Positions 52,495 to 64,000 of a stretch of 64,000 bases of DNA are shown piece after piece (the first letter of the stretch is position 1; the number at the start of each line of letters is the position of its first letter). The notes beneath the pieces are model-generated. The model worked only from the letters and a program-made list of their open reading frames with translations, had not been told where the DNA came from and searched no databases. This DNA is from Yuukianura sp. NJ FZ-2021 (taxonomy: Eukaryota). A program made the position numbers and the translations under genes. The stretch spans positions 1,488,001-1,552,000 of the forward strand of contig CM102288.1 of NCBI GenBank assembly GCA_046563655.1. The letters run 5' to 3'.

Positions 52495-55400
52495 TTGGAA
52501 TTCTTTTAGAGGAACATATAGAACTACGTAAGAGGTCAAAGGTCAAGTACAGTCACGTCCTTTTCCAAAAATCTAACTCCAGCACTACGTTCCACTGTCC
52601 ATTGTTCTTCCCGGAGACTTCATCCCGTCTCCGGGAATCCGGATTTCTTCATTCCTGATTTTCACTTCCACAAGCCTTGTTCTTGAACTTGATCTTCAAA
52701 TTATTGTCAACTTCTTCTTCCTTCGCTCACTTTTTTGCGAAATTCACAAGCTTCAGATGTTTGGAACGTTTAAAGTTTCATTTCGGCGGAGTCCGTGCCA
52801 AAAATTTCAAGTTGAAGAAACTTTTTCGGGAATTTTGACTTGCCGGAGGCCGAATACGATCATCTGCAAATTCAATTCAAATAAAAACATAGTTTAGAGT
52901 CTGCGTTTTAAAATTTACGACTAGCTTTCTCCAGTTTCAAGTTCAAACTTTCAACTTTTCTAAAGTTCTTAAGCTCCTCACAAAATACGGTTTACACTTT
53001 CTCTTATTTCCGAAAATCCCGCTATAAAATAAGCCCTTTAACCTACTCTTCCGAGCGCGCCAAAATCCAAATCCTTTTGATCTTCAAAAGCAAAAGGAAT
53101 ATCTAAAGAAAACTTTAAAAAAAACGAAAACGAAGCACCGTCGGAGCAGCATCCGACACCATCTTAAGCACAAAATAGGCTTTAAACCTAAAAGTGTTCA
53201 GCATGACATCAAATACTCAACCGAGCACGTGAAGAAGATCATTTTTCCTATTTCCTTTTCTCAATTTTCCAAACCTAACCTAAACATTGCCAAAATAGAA
53301 TCCCGCAAAGGAAGAGAGAGCAAAACAGGATGCAAAAGAAGGTAAATGTAGGTGAAAAAACTAGTTTTCTGCCTATGTTAAGGTATGTTAAGCTTCAAGA
53401 CTCCAACGGTATAGACTAGGATATCCTTGGAGATTCGAAACCTGATGAAATCATCCCAAACTCATCTTCTCCCATTTCGGAATTTAATTTTGATCCAAAA
53501 GCACTCCACGCTTTCCCTATTTCCTCTTAAGACTTTCTTTTCAAGGAACCCAAAAGCACAAGATCTTCTCCCTCTTTACATCTTTTTTACAACGTGAGAC
53601 GGAAATGGAGGAACAAAATGTAAATTCACGAGAAGAGGATTTTGATTCTATTCTATCTTACACAAAGTCTTCGTTCAATTTTAGAATCTCATCAAAAACT
53701 CGTCTTTTCAATAACCAAACCATAAATCACAAACTGAATCATATTCTGCCAAATCCGCTTATATGGCTCTCTTAACGTCCTCTCTCCCTCAATTCAATTT
53801 TTGAAACAATCTCCGCATTTACCCAGAGTTCATAAATTTAAATTTACAAACAAAACTTTTCGCATCAAAATTTTGTTCCAAAAATATTTTACAAAATTCC
53901 ATTTCTGTTTCATCTCATGCCAAGAAAAACTAAACTCTTCTTCTACGCCGAACACTTTCTTCATCAAAAGAAATTTTGGCACTTATCAATTTTCTTAAGT
54001 TCACCAGCTCTCAAGCATGTTGGAGCAAAAAAAAAAAGTTATTTGAGCCTTTAGTTTCATTGCTTCATTTTTTTTTCTCAATTTAAAAGAAAATAACGAA
54101 AAAGTATGGATCCTTTACAAATTATTTAACAAATTTTGTTTTTGAAAAATCTCAATCTGCGACGTAGACGTTAAATGATTGGACCGAAACGAGTTTTTGC
54201 TCTTAAAAAGTAATTACGTTGATGAAGACTGAAGACGATGAAGATCTCAATTTTGGATAAACTTTCCTCATTTTTAATTTACTTTCTCTTTTTTCTCTTA
54301 CTAGGAGTAGTATGCGAATCGTATTAGCAATGTAAACTTCCTTTCTTCTGAAAATTCTTTTGAAAGAGAGAATAGTTTAACCTTAGACTAAAAGTAACGA
54401 CGACGACTAAATTCCATTTGCTTGGATTCTTCTCTCAGAAACTCAACTTTTCCGGAAATTAGCTGGAAAGTCTTATTCAAATTCAATTCAAATCCAAACA
54501 GGAGAGAACCTAAGTTCACAAAAGCTTAAAATTCACTTTTCCAGGAAATCCTAAAAACCCACCAAACTACTCCGATTCACAAAATTCAATTCGCAAATAT
54601 TTGACTTCACAAAGTTCTGACTGACTTCAAAAAATCAAGTTTCGAACAAAAATCATGATCGAAACTTTCTTTTTGTTGTTGTCAGTTCCAAAGTAAGATG
54701 GAAAACTGAAAATGTAAACATCTAGAAAATTCAATTGGAAAAACCCCAAAAACGTAAAAGTTAAGGGCAATTTCGAAATACTTTCACTTTTCCCGCTTCG
54801 ATTCGTAACTTGTAAATTCTGTTAAAAATTCCATTTTCTCTAGAATGAGAGACAAAATTTTCAAACAAACAAGCCAACTTTCACTTTCAGCAAGGCGAAC
54901 TTTCACTTTCTCTGCTCAAACTCTAACCTCACTAAAAGAACAAAACATATTGAAACACATTCTTTTTCAAAACAACACCACGCTATCGCGTTCGTTTTCT
55001 CTTCGTATATTTCCAAAACAAAACCACACGTTCGATTTTTTTTCAACATTCAAAACACCGTCACACTTTCTCGGGTCATGCCCGCGCTTTTCTTTCAAAA
55101 AACAAAATTCCACGCGCCGCCTTTTGTCTTTTCCAAGAATAATTTCCAAAAAATCTTTCAAGCTCCAGAAAAAAGAAAAATGTTCAAAAGAAAATTGGCA
55201 GTGGCACAGAATTAAGAAAATGAAAAAACTTGATGAAAGTGATACCGAAAAAAAGTTAATAAAACTAAAAGAGCTTAGAAAACTGCAGTTTTAGAAGAAA
55301 AATGTAATGATGATGACGGTTTTGAGAGGTGAAAGACCTCATAATGTTTCTCAAAGAATAAATTGCACTTTCGTCTTTGAATTGTTAATCACAGTCAACT

Positions 55401-58400
55401 TCACTTTCATCCTCCTCCAGGCGAACCGACGACACCCACACTCTCACATTACAATTTAACCAACCATAATTTAAAAAAACACGAAGAAATTTTTGGCACG
55501 TTTCTACAAAAGGAAATTTCACACCTACACAAATCTCCATACTGTAAACTGCATAACCCTAATCAAAAACGTTTTCTTTCCAAACATCCCAAAACTGTTT
55601 ATATCAAAGATTTTTAAAAACAAACAAAAATTATTAACTACTACTCAAATTTTATACCGGACGCACTCTGATGGAGTTGATTTTGCCGAAAAGCGCAAAA
55701 TAAACAAAAAATCACCCATGGTTTCCAAATTTTCAAGAAGGGTTAAAATGACACCGGAATTTCACCGGTGTAACCACGTCCACCATAACTGTAACTGCTT
55801 TTTCGTTATTCTTGGAGTTATAATGAAATAGGTCCTTTTCTTTTAAAGTAATCCTGATATGTGGCTGCTGCATACGGTCAAAAAATCGTCCTGGTAACTC
55901 AATGGTTTATATGCACCTTGTTTTCAAGTTTCTACTAACCAAAATTCTGCTGTTCAATTTTTAATTCTAGCTTTTTTTAATTCTATTTTATATTCCAAAA
56001 TGAAAAAAAAAGTTTTACAAGTACTTTTTTTTTCTGTTCTGCATTGTAACCTAGTCGCTACATTTTTCTGTCTGCAATTCTATTTTTAACTTGGTAACAT
56101 TTAGCATGTTGGGAGATGAAAGTGATAATTTGATTTTCCTTTTCAAAAGTTTGCCACACGAGCACCCCCCATTCTTATCCTGTTTAGCCTTGACGTCATT
56201 CAGACCTTCCACTAAACACAGATTTTCGACGAATTATTTTGCAAATCTTGCGAATTTGCAAAATCCCAACTTTTAGCACACAACCTAAACCTTAACCACA
56301 GATTACAGCTTTAAAATAATTTCCATTTCCACGCTCCACAGTGCTTCTAATTTCCAAAATCATGGAAACACTAATACTAGCTCCTACTTATCCCGAAAGC
56401 GGATTTGTTTAAACCAAAAAATACTAAATTTTAAACAAAATTCCTAAAAAACTTAAGCTCCTTTGCTCATTACTTTCCTAAAATTTGTGATTTAAAGCCT
56501 CCTCGTGCTGTTTCCTGTTACATGTTCTCGTTTTCCGAGAAAGTAGCATGTGCAAAAAGCCTTAATTGCCTAAAAGCTGAACTCAAGGAAGCTCAAAGTT
56601 AAAAAAAAAAGATCAAAACTTTCAGCAACTTTTCGTAACATAAACTAAAAACTTTTAGAATCTCTGCGCATTCGTAGCCTCACTTTCGAAATTCCCCGAA
56701 ATTTCACTTTTTCATTCGTTCCGGATCCCAAATCCCATTTCCGTTTCCAATTTTTATATTCTGTGTTCCAAAGTGTCGCACAATACCGTGACAATGCTTT
56801 GTTCCGCTTCCTGGACACGCATTGTTAAGCCTCAGCACGTTCCGAGGGCGGGAAAAGTAGCGCTCCCGTTATTTTTTCCCCTCGTAACTCTCACAAATGC
56901 TATTTAGTTATGAGAGTCGGTTTTTAACAGATTAAAAACTGAGATGACGACAAAAGACTGGGGCAATGAAGATTTTATCATCTCTGACTTAATCCCATAC
57001 ACATACAAAACAGGCACGCACGCACACTTCAAAGAAGCAAAGTTAGCAGAGTTTTAGCTTAAAATCTGTTTTGCGTTGTTTCTAAAACCAAATTGTTAAG
57101 CCACTTTATAATTATCCCATACACAAATATACATACTAAAAACAGAAACCAGAATAGACAAAGATATCCACTGTAACTTTAATTACGACCAGCTTTTAAC
57201 GATGAGCGTGTGAGACAACTTTAAGCTGAAAGAGCTTGTACAGATTCCAGTACAAACTCTACATTTTTCAAGACCACTTCAGACAAATCTATTTTAAGCG
57301 TACTTAAGAAAAAACTTACACAAAAAACTCCAACTGCACACTTTAATATTAAGTCGCTTGTTCTTAATCTCTCCCTGTCTTCACCCATCAATCAAAAGTA
57401 GTAACTTGATTTATAAATTATGATGCAATAATAAAGTACTACGAAAAACTGAACCAAGGCGGAATGGAGGTAGTACGTACCAAACTGTGCAAAAAATTAG
57501 CATTCAACACCAGTACCAACATTTTCCTTCTTACAACCCCCACCACCCTACTTAAATATAGACCAAATTTGCACACTCCGCACTGCTAAAAGTCCATGGC
57601 CTTTACATAGCAAAGTACTTTTAGCAACATCTAAACCATCATCTTCCTGTCCAAATGACTTTCAAAAAAAATAAACCGCTCAACCACGGCCTGTCACTTC
57701 AATGTCTATTTTTATCTAGCGCAAACTGACCATTTTTTAGTCTTTGAACTATACAAAGCTGCCTAAGAGGATAAAATTTTTGCTGAATTGAATTATACTG
57801 CGGTTAAAAAGTCACAATTTGCACAACTTTTCCTTTCTTTACCGCTTGCCGTTTGCTTGTTTTTAGATTTCCAGCCTACTGAAAATGTGACACGAATTAA
57901 AACTGAAAAAGTAGGATATCGATGAAGGTCGGCACAATTTAAAAAAAAAACAAAAGGAAAAAGGAGGAAAAAACAATCAAACACCAAATTAGCTCATCAA
58001 CACCAATGTATCCATCCGTTCTTCACGCTTATAAAAATTTAGGTTTGCAGTTTAAAGTGATTCATAAAAACTGCTTTGAATCAGAAACGAGAAAATACCA
58101 TACCAGTCAAAACTGAAAAAGTTGAAAAACTCAATGGCACATTAAAAGTGAACTGGAAGAGAAAAAAAATTTTTTTTTCAAAAAGTTGAAAAAAAAAAAC
58201 ATTTGTTTGCTGGATACAAAAAATTTTTTGGATGCCTTTGGCACAGGAAAAAATTTCAAAATTTTTTCGATGGAAAGGGTCCGCTGCTTCCACTTAAAGA
58301 GCGGCCCTTAATGAAAAAAAAATTTTTTTTTTTGCATTTTTTTGCGGAAGATGATTCGAAAAATGGCTTAGTAAAAAGTGGAAAATTTTTGTCACTAACT

Positions 58401-60489
58401 GTTTTCTGGATCCGGAAAATTTTTGATCCTGCTTGAAACTTTAAAATAATTTTTTTGCTCATTCCAGTTTAGTAGTGCTTTTTGAAAGGTTTACTTTTAC
58501 TGGTAAGAGAAAGTTGACATTTAAACATTTTTTTCCTTCTGTAAAACTGTAGTGTTTGAGAGCTGATTGGGTGGGTAATGACGGGGAGAAAGTAGAGAAA
58601 CTCATTAAATTAAATGGACTTTGTCATCTCGCCTACTTTTCTTTTCTAGCTTGTCGCTTCTTCTGAAGTGCCCTTATATCCAGGACACAAGAACGAAGCT
58701 TGACATTAGGTTAGGCTACATACAGAAGCTGTTCCAGAAGCTTCAGAGATCATTGAGCATCTAAAGACCTCCGGGACTTTCTCCTCGCATGTCGTCCTAA
58801 TAAAGCCAACTAAAAGTCCACACACTTTCTCCGTCTCTTTTCTTACTCAAAATAAAAATCTCTGCTTTCCCCACATCCCTACACGTAACAAAAGATACAA
58901 AATATTATGCCTGTTTCACGAAAACAAAACGATTAAGAAAATTCCATCATTTCGCCTACTTTGGAAAATTAGATTGTTGGACAAATTCAGGCCTTCAATT
59001 TCATAAATCATTCAAAGAAAAATTGAGGAAGTTGAAAGTGAAAAGAGCCCAGCAGAGCTTGAAGTTTTTGGCGTTTGTTTGCCTAAGCCATCGACCATTA
59101 ACACTGGCCAATCACTTAAGCAATTAAGATTAATAAGAAACTAACCACTTGCGGTTTGCTTTTAACAGTGAAGTGTCTGTCCCAAAGACATCTTCTGGAT
59201 CTGTTTGAATTGGACTTTCTGAACCTGTTGAGTACAAGTCTATGTCTACTAATTGTATATTTGAATGCTGCCATTGAGTAATACTTGGAGTATGAAAGAG
59301 ATTGAGCGGTGGTTTCTATTTTTGTGTTCTAATGTAATCTAGTCTCGTTTCACTTACCTTGAAGTTAGCAGCAGAAGAATGACGACTTTGTAGACTCGTG
59401 TTAGTATGAAGCTGGAATTTACAGAATCGTATCTCTTCCACTTCTGTTTATCTTCTTTTCATTGGAAGTTAGATGCGGAAGGATGTCAAAATAAACTTTT
59501 ATAGACACTTCACTCCGCGAGGCCGCTTCGACATCAACTGAACGAAAAGAACATGAGAGAGCGAGTTCAAATTCCAACCGTCTCCTCCGGTAAATCCCTT
59601 TCCAGTGCTCCACCCGCTTCCCCACGAAAAAAAGTATAGTTGAGTAAGGACGAACGGAAGGGAAAGTCAGAAGTACGGAGCAGCAGGCAACAAGTTGTTC
59701 TTCCTGCCCGAGAAATCAGGCGATACTTGGATACTTGTTTGGGATAAATCCAGGAGCACAAGATTGAGAACCAGGGCACTCTGCTGTAGTGTTTTTGCTT
59801 TCCTTCTGCCACTTTCTTTCGCAGATTTCCAATTTCCTCTTGGTTAATGTATTGTAATGAATTTGCGTGGGTGAATTCCGAATCACGTTTCACTGATGAA
59901 ATCTTGGTTTTTGGGCGAATCTCCTGGAAAATCAGGAGGTTGCTGGAAGAATAAAAAAAAAGATTTAAATCTAACAAGTGGATCTTCTCTGGCTCACTCG
60001 TTGCAACTAACTAATGATCCACTTCAAATGATACTAAATAGAGGAGAGGCTGAAACTTTACTAACCGTACCGTGTAACCAGAGCTCAAGAAATATCATCA
60101 CCACGGTCCCCTCTCTCGTCAAAGTGATCCCCAGAATCCCATCGGAATTGAAGAGGCTAGTCAGTATTAGTAGAGGTGCTTGTCGTTTCTGTTGTTGTTT
60201 GTTATAGGAAACAATAGACTCCTTCTTCTTCGGTATTTGCTTTAGCATAATAGATTAACGGAGTGTAGTAGTAGTGTCCCTCTACTTCGTTTTAGTCTGC
60301 GGGAATAAAACCATGGCGTAGTGGTTAACGTTCTTACAATGATTTATTCACAGACTACCTTTACCTTACCTTATACAGTGATAGTTTTATGTTCTGGCCA
60401 TGCAAATGAGCTTAATCTAAGCCACTCCTCCCTTTCTCGGAACAACTCCCCATCTCGGTTCGGAAATAGTGGTCGCCGTAAGGATCAAC

Positions 60490-60686
60490 GAGCGTCATTG
60501 TAGCCGCACAGTGTAGGCACCCCGCTATTTTAGCCACTACAATAAGGGCTACACCTGAGTGGCAACTGAAATTTTGCCACTTTTACCTAACATAAAGTGG
60601 CAACGTAAGTTGACGTTGAGTAGCCACCACACGTTGTAGCCACTAAAAATTACGGATGCTTACACTGTGCGGATACAATGGCGGCC
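60490..60686. mobile_element. Degenerate MITE with imperfect ~35-bp TIRs
   Basis: CATTGTAGCCGCACAGTGTAGGCA on the left pairs with TGCTTACACTGTGCGGATACAATG on the right; internal TAGCCAC repeats; no TSD recognised. Confidence 0.7.
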
Positions 60687-60809
60687 ACTCCAGCTTACCC
60701 CAACCCAAATACTCGTTCTTTCTGTCGGAAAGTTTGATTTAGTGGAGTGTTGCGCCTACCCGAGTTGTATTAAAACATTAGTTTTGAAGTATTAATTAGT
60801 AGTTAAGCT

Positions 60810-61357
60810 TTACGGATAGTGTAAAGGTGAATTTATTGTCTGAAAATAACAATAATAACAAGAAAATAACACTGCTTCGTCAGTATGAACGATATTTTTC
60901 GCATAGTCAGGGATTCCATTTAGAACTGGAAGCCAAATTCTTGCAAACCACGCTCTTTCAGGAAAGTCCGTAAATTTTAGGAGTTGATGGACTCTAGGTT
61001 TGTAGGATTTCCAATTGTACTGATTTTTGACCTTCATAACAGACCTTTGCGAAACACCCATGTCACGAGCAACTTGGTTGGTTGAAATATGAGGATCGGC
61101 CGCAAAAGCCCCAAGAATCCCTGTTGCCGAGTTTTCGTCTGTCGCTGTTTTTGGTCTTCCAGATTCTGGACGGTCTTTAGTATTACCCAGTTTAGAGAAT
61201 CGTTTTAGAATGCGGTTCACATCTTTTGGTTGCTCCATAGGTCGATTTTCCGAGATAGGATTTTGATTGTATTTGTGCATGAGCTCGCTACTGGTTTCAT
61301 CTTTGTACTACAATCGAAGCTTTATTATGCAAAGGCGCTGCTCTTCCGAGTAATGGA
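60810..61357 (-). pseudogene. Truncated Tc1/mariner-superfamily transposase
   Basis: Bipartite HTH with GRPK linker (KRFSKLGNTKDRPESGRPKT..DPHISTNQVARDMGVSQRSV), YKPRVHQLL and the first catalytic motif IVHTDEA, after which similarity ends. There is an in-frame TAG at about 61308 in the N-terminal extension. Confidence 0.8.
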
Positions 61358-63022
61358 CAGGCCTAGTTTAACTGCCAAAACAAAATAACATAGTAGCCAT
61401 TGCCATTAGCAAATAACCTTTTTCGTTTTGCGACATAAATCCCCTCTCACAATGCTGTAGTACCAATAACTTAATTACAAAACAATAGAAGTGGCTCACT
61501 CACCTTACTTGAAGTTATTCTCGCTCAATTCAAGGGCAGATCAGTTTTTAATTGTCGTACGGTAACTTAATTCAATAATATTTAGTTTTTAACTAGTGAA
61601 ATTTTACTAGAAAAGAGCAGAGCAAACTGATAGTAGCCAAGAAGAAAAGAAAAAGCGTCGGTTGACCTTTATGTGCCGCGCAAAATTCTTAACCAAAACA
61701 AACTTTCGGCGGGAATAGGGAGTTGTTCCGAGAAAGGGAGGAGTGGCTTAGATTAAGCTCATTTGCATGGCCAGAACATAAAACTATCACTGTATTCCCC
61801 ATATTTGGCAACTTCGGGGTTCAGGAGGACGAATTTTTCTTACGTAGCCCATTAATCATAATCATACGAAAGCTTGTGGTTGAGGGAATGGTCATGAAGG
61901 GAACATGACAGGTTGAAGAAACGTACGTTGCTTTTTATCCACGTAAACAACGATGACACGGACACGACCGGTTTTTCCTGTAATAAAAGACAGGCCACAG
62001 GACTTTAAATTTGACATGAGGTTAGCTGTCACAGCGTAACAAAAACATGCATGCATACACGAATTCCAAAATTCCACGAAACTAATCGTAAGTAAAACAT
62101 AAAACAACAACTAACAAATAACCTTTGAAATCTGAAGGAAATCAACTGGAAGAGTGAATCTTGTTCAAGTTAATTAACTTGCACTGTTGCACTGTTACGG
62201 CGAATAGCGCTTGGCGAATCGTTCGTCTCCATCAAAGCCATTTGATTCGTTGATGACGATGGCTACCTCAACAGCTCCGCAGCAGCTATTGAACTTGACC
62301 TTTGACTTTACTTTCATTACACGACACATGAGCAGCAAACAACAACGATTATTTGTCGATTAAAATGAGAATAACAACAATACAACAGCTGCTGGCTGGT
62401 AAATGAGTTGAGAGCGCGGGAAAAAATGTCAACAACAATGGCGTCAAATTTGAAATGTGAAATTGTGCTAAAAGTCTCACCTGATATGTTTTCATTCAAA
62501 AACAGAATGGCGGGAAACTAATTTCGAAATTTAACACCTTTCCTCTTGAAACAAAAGTCCAACAAAAACTTCCTCACACATACTACCCGTTATCACTTTA
62601 ATACACAGGTGGGCATTCATATATTTATTTATTTATATTATTATTATACTATGTCTTTTATTATTAATTACAACAATATTTAAAACTATTGCTGAATTAA
62701 GCTAATTTAATAATTCAACTTAAAATAAAAGTTAAAATTAAATTTCATTACGCTAACTAAAATTTATACTTCAAAGCATTATATTAATATCAAAGCCCAT
62801 ATCAGTAGTTCAGCCTGTGCTGGGTGTGTATGGCGTTCAAAGTAACGTTCGGTTGAACCACCGGAGTGAAAAAGTTTTAAAGGTTTATAAAAATTTTACA
62901 TTTTGTTGATTTCTAATTCTAATTTGTTGATTTCATTTAAGATTTAACATTGTTGTTATTAATTTAAGTTAATTTTGAATTAATTAGTTATAACATTTTT
63001 AGTTACTAATTAAGGAAATCCA

Positions 63023-64000
63023 ATGGAGCTTCTGGTGGCGAACGTGGACAATGTCAAGTTTGATATTGAAGTTGCCCTTGAGCAACAACTTGGAGCATAC
63101 CCTCTCCCATTTGTTGGAATGGATAGTAAGTGCTAATTGTCGCAATTATGCAATTTATGGTTTATGAAGATGACATGAAGATGATATCATAATTTAATAA
63201 ATTAGAAATAAGTATTTTTGAAGCTTAGTTTAGTCATCAAGCTGTGGAAGGAATATAAAATTGTTGTGGTTTTTGTACAGAGTCAACAGCAGCCATTTGC
63301 GTATTTTTTGTGGAGGGAACCTGTTCGAAAGGAGCACAGTGTCCATTTCGTCATGTTCGCGGTGACAGGACTATCGTATGTAAGCACTGGCTAAGAGGTC
63401 TGTGCAAGAAGGGTGACCAGTGTGAATTTCTTCACGAGTACGATATGACCAAAATGCCTGAATGTTACTTCTATACTCGATTTAGTAAGCAATTCAAGTC
63501 CTATGACTAACGATTTTCTTGAACTTGTAATTCAATTTTTTTGTCCTGTCAGATGCGTGTCACAACAAGGAATGTCCTTTCCTCCACATTGACCCAGAGT
63601 CCAAAGTTAGACCCTGTCCGTGGTATGACCGAGGTTTTTGTCGCCATGGACCGAGCTGTCGTCATCGACATGTTCGTAAAGTGCTTTGTCTAAACTATTT
63701 GGCTGGTTTCTGTCCTGATGGCAAAGAATGCAAGTTCATGCAGTAAGTTTGAACTAAATATTTATCGACGGTGGCTTGATTCAACTTTTTCGTTTATCTT
63801 TTTAGCCCTCAGTTCGATCTTCCACAACTTGACGAGATGGCTAAGAACGCTAGAAAAGCAGGAATTATTTGTCATTTGTGCCAAGAGGTTGGGCACAAAT
63901 CCTACTCATGTCCCAAAAACCCTGAGAACGCCATGCATGTTGATGGCGAAGGGCCTCCAGAAGGTTCGGCTGGTGAAAGCGGAGATACTGGCGTCCCTCA
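63023..64000 (+). CDS. CPSF4: Cleavage and polyadenylation specificity factor 4 (CPSF30/Clipper), 3'-truncated by the window edge
   Basis: Exons 63023-63125, 63281-63484, 63553-63742, 63806->64000. FDIEVALEQQLG, five CCCH fingers (VCKHWLRGLCKKGDQCEFLHEYDMTKMPEC) and a CCHC knuckle. Confidence 0.96.

Noticed and set aside
58130..58460. A-run/T-run palindromes
   Set aside because: Low-complexity homopolymers; the pairing is compositionally trivial.
37063..58462. Many 60-150 aa F/K/L-rich ORFs in cyclase introns and upstream DNA
   Set aside because: Composition reflects A/T homopolymer-rich non-coding DNA, with no domains or coherent splice structure.

Overview
Eukaryotic, intron-containing animal DNA. 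Introns are mostly 60-120 nt GT-AG and there are scattered TTAGG runs, so a compact arthropod (hexapod/crustacean-like) genome is inferred; the species cannot be determined. Bases 1-32 kb are a dense block of housekeeping and orphan genes: MPLKIP-like, CDK12/13, two small orphans, POLDIP3-like, a RING/B-box TRIM, PPIL4, ING3, an orphan, USP36, an acidic repeat protein and CSN1. About 34-53 kb is a many-exon receptor guanylyl cyclase on the minus strand. About 59-61.4 kb holds transposon debris, and CPSF4 starts at 63023 and runs off the window. The best signals lie outside the ORF track: (1) a ~366-nt structured RNA in the TRIM 5'UTR intron with RNase P/MRP topology but atypical core motifs; (2) an intronic box H/ACA snoRNA in CDK12 whose 3' pocket fits the 18S site equivalent to human U406; (3) two diverged copies of a long hairpin element at 32.6 and 33.5 kb; (4) four perfect DR1 nuclear-receptor elements across the cyclase gene; (5) a 24-nt microexon carrying a catalytic Asp; (6) an intact MITE with an 8-bp TSD. 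Exon boundaries and base pairings were worked out by eye; no database searches or folding programs were run.
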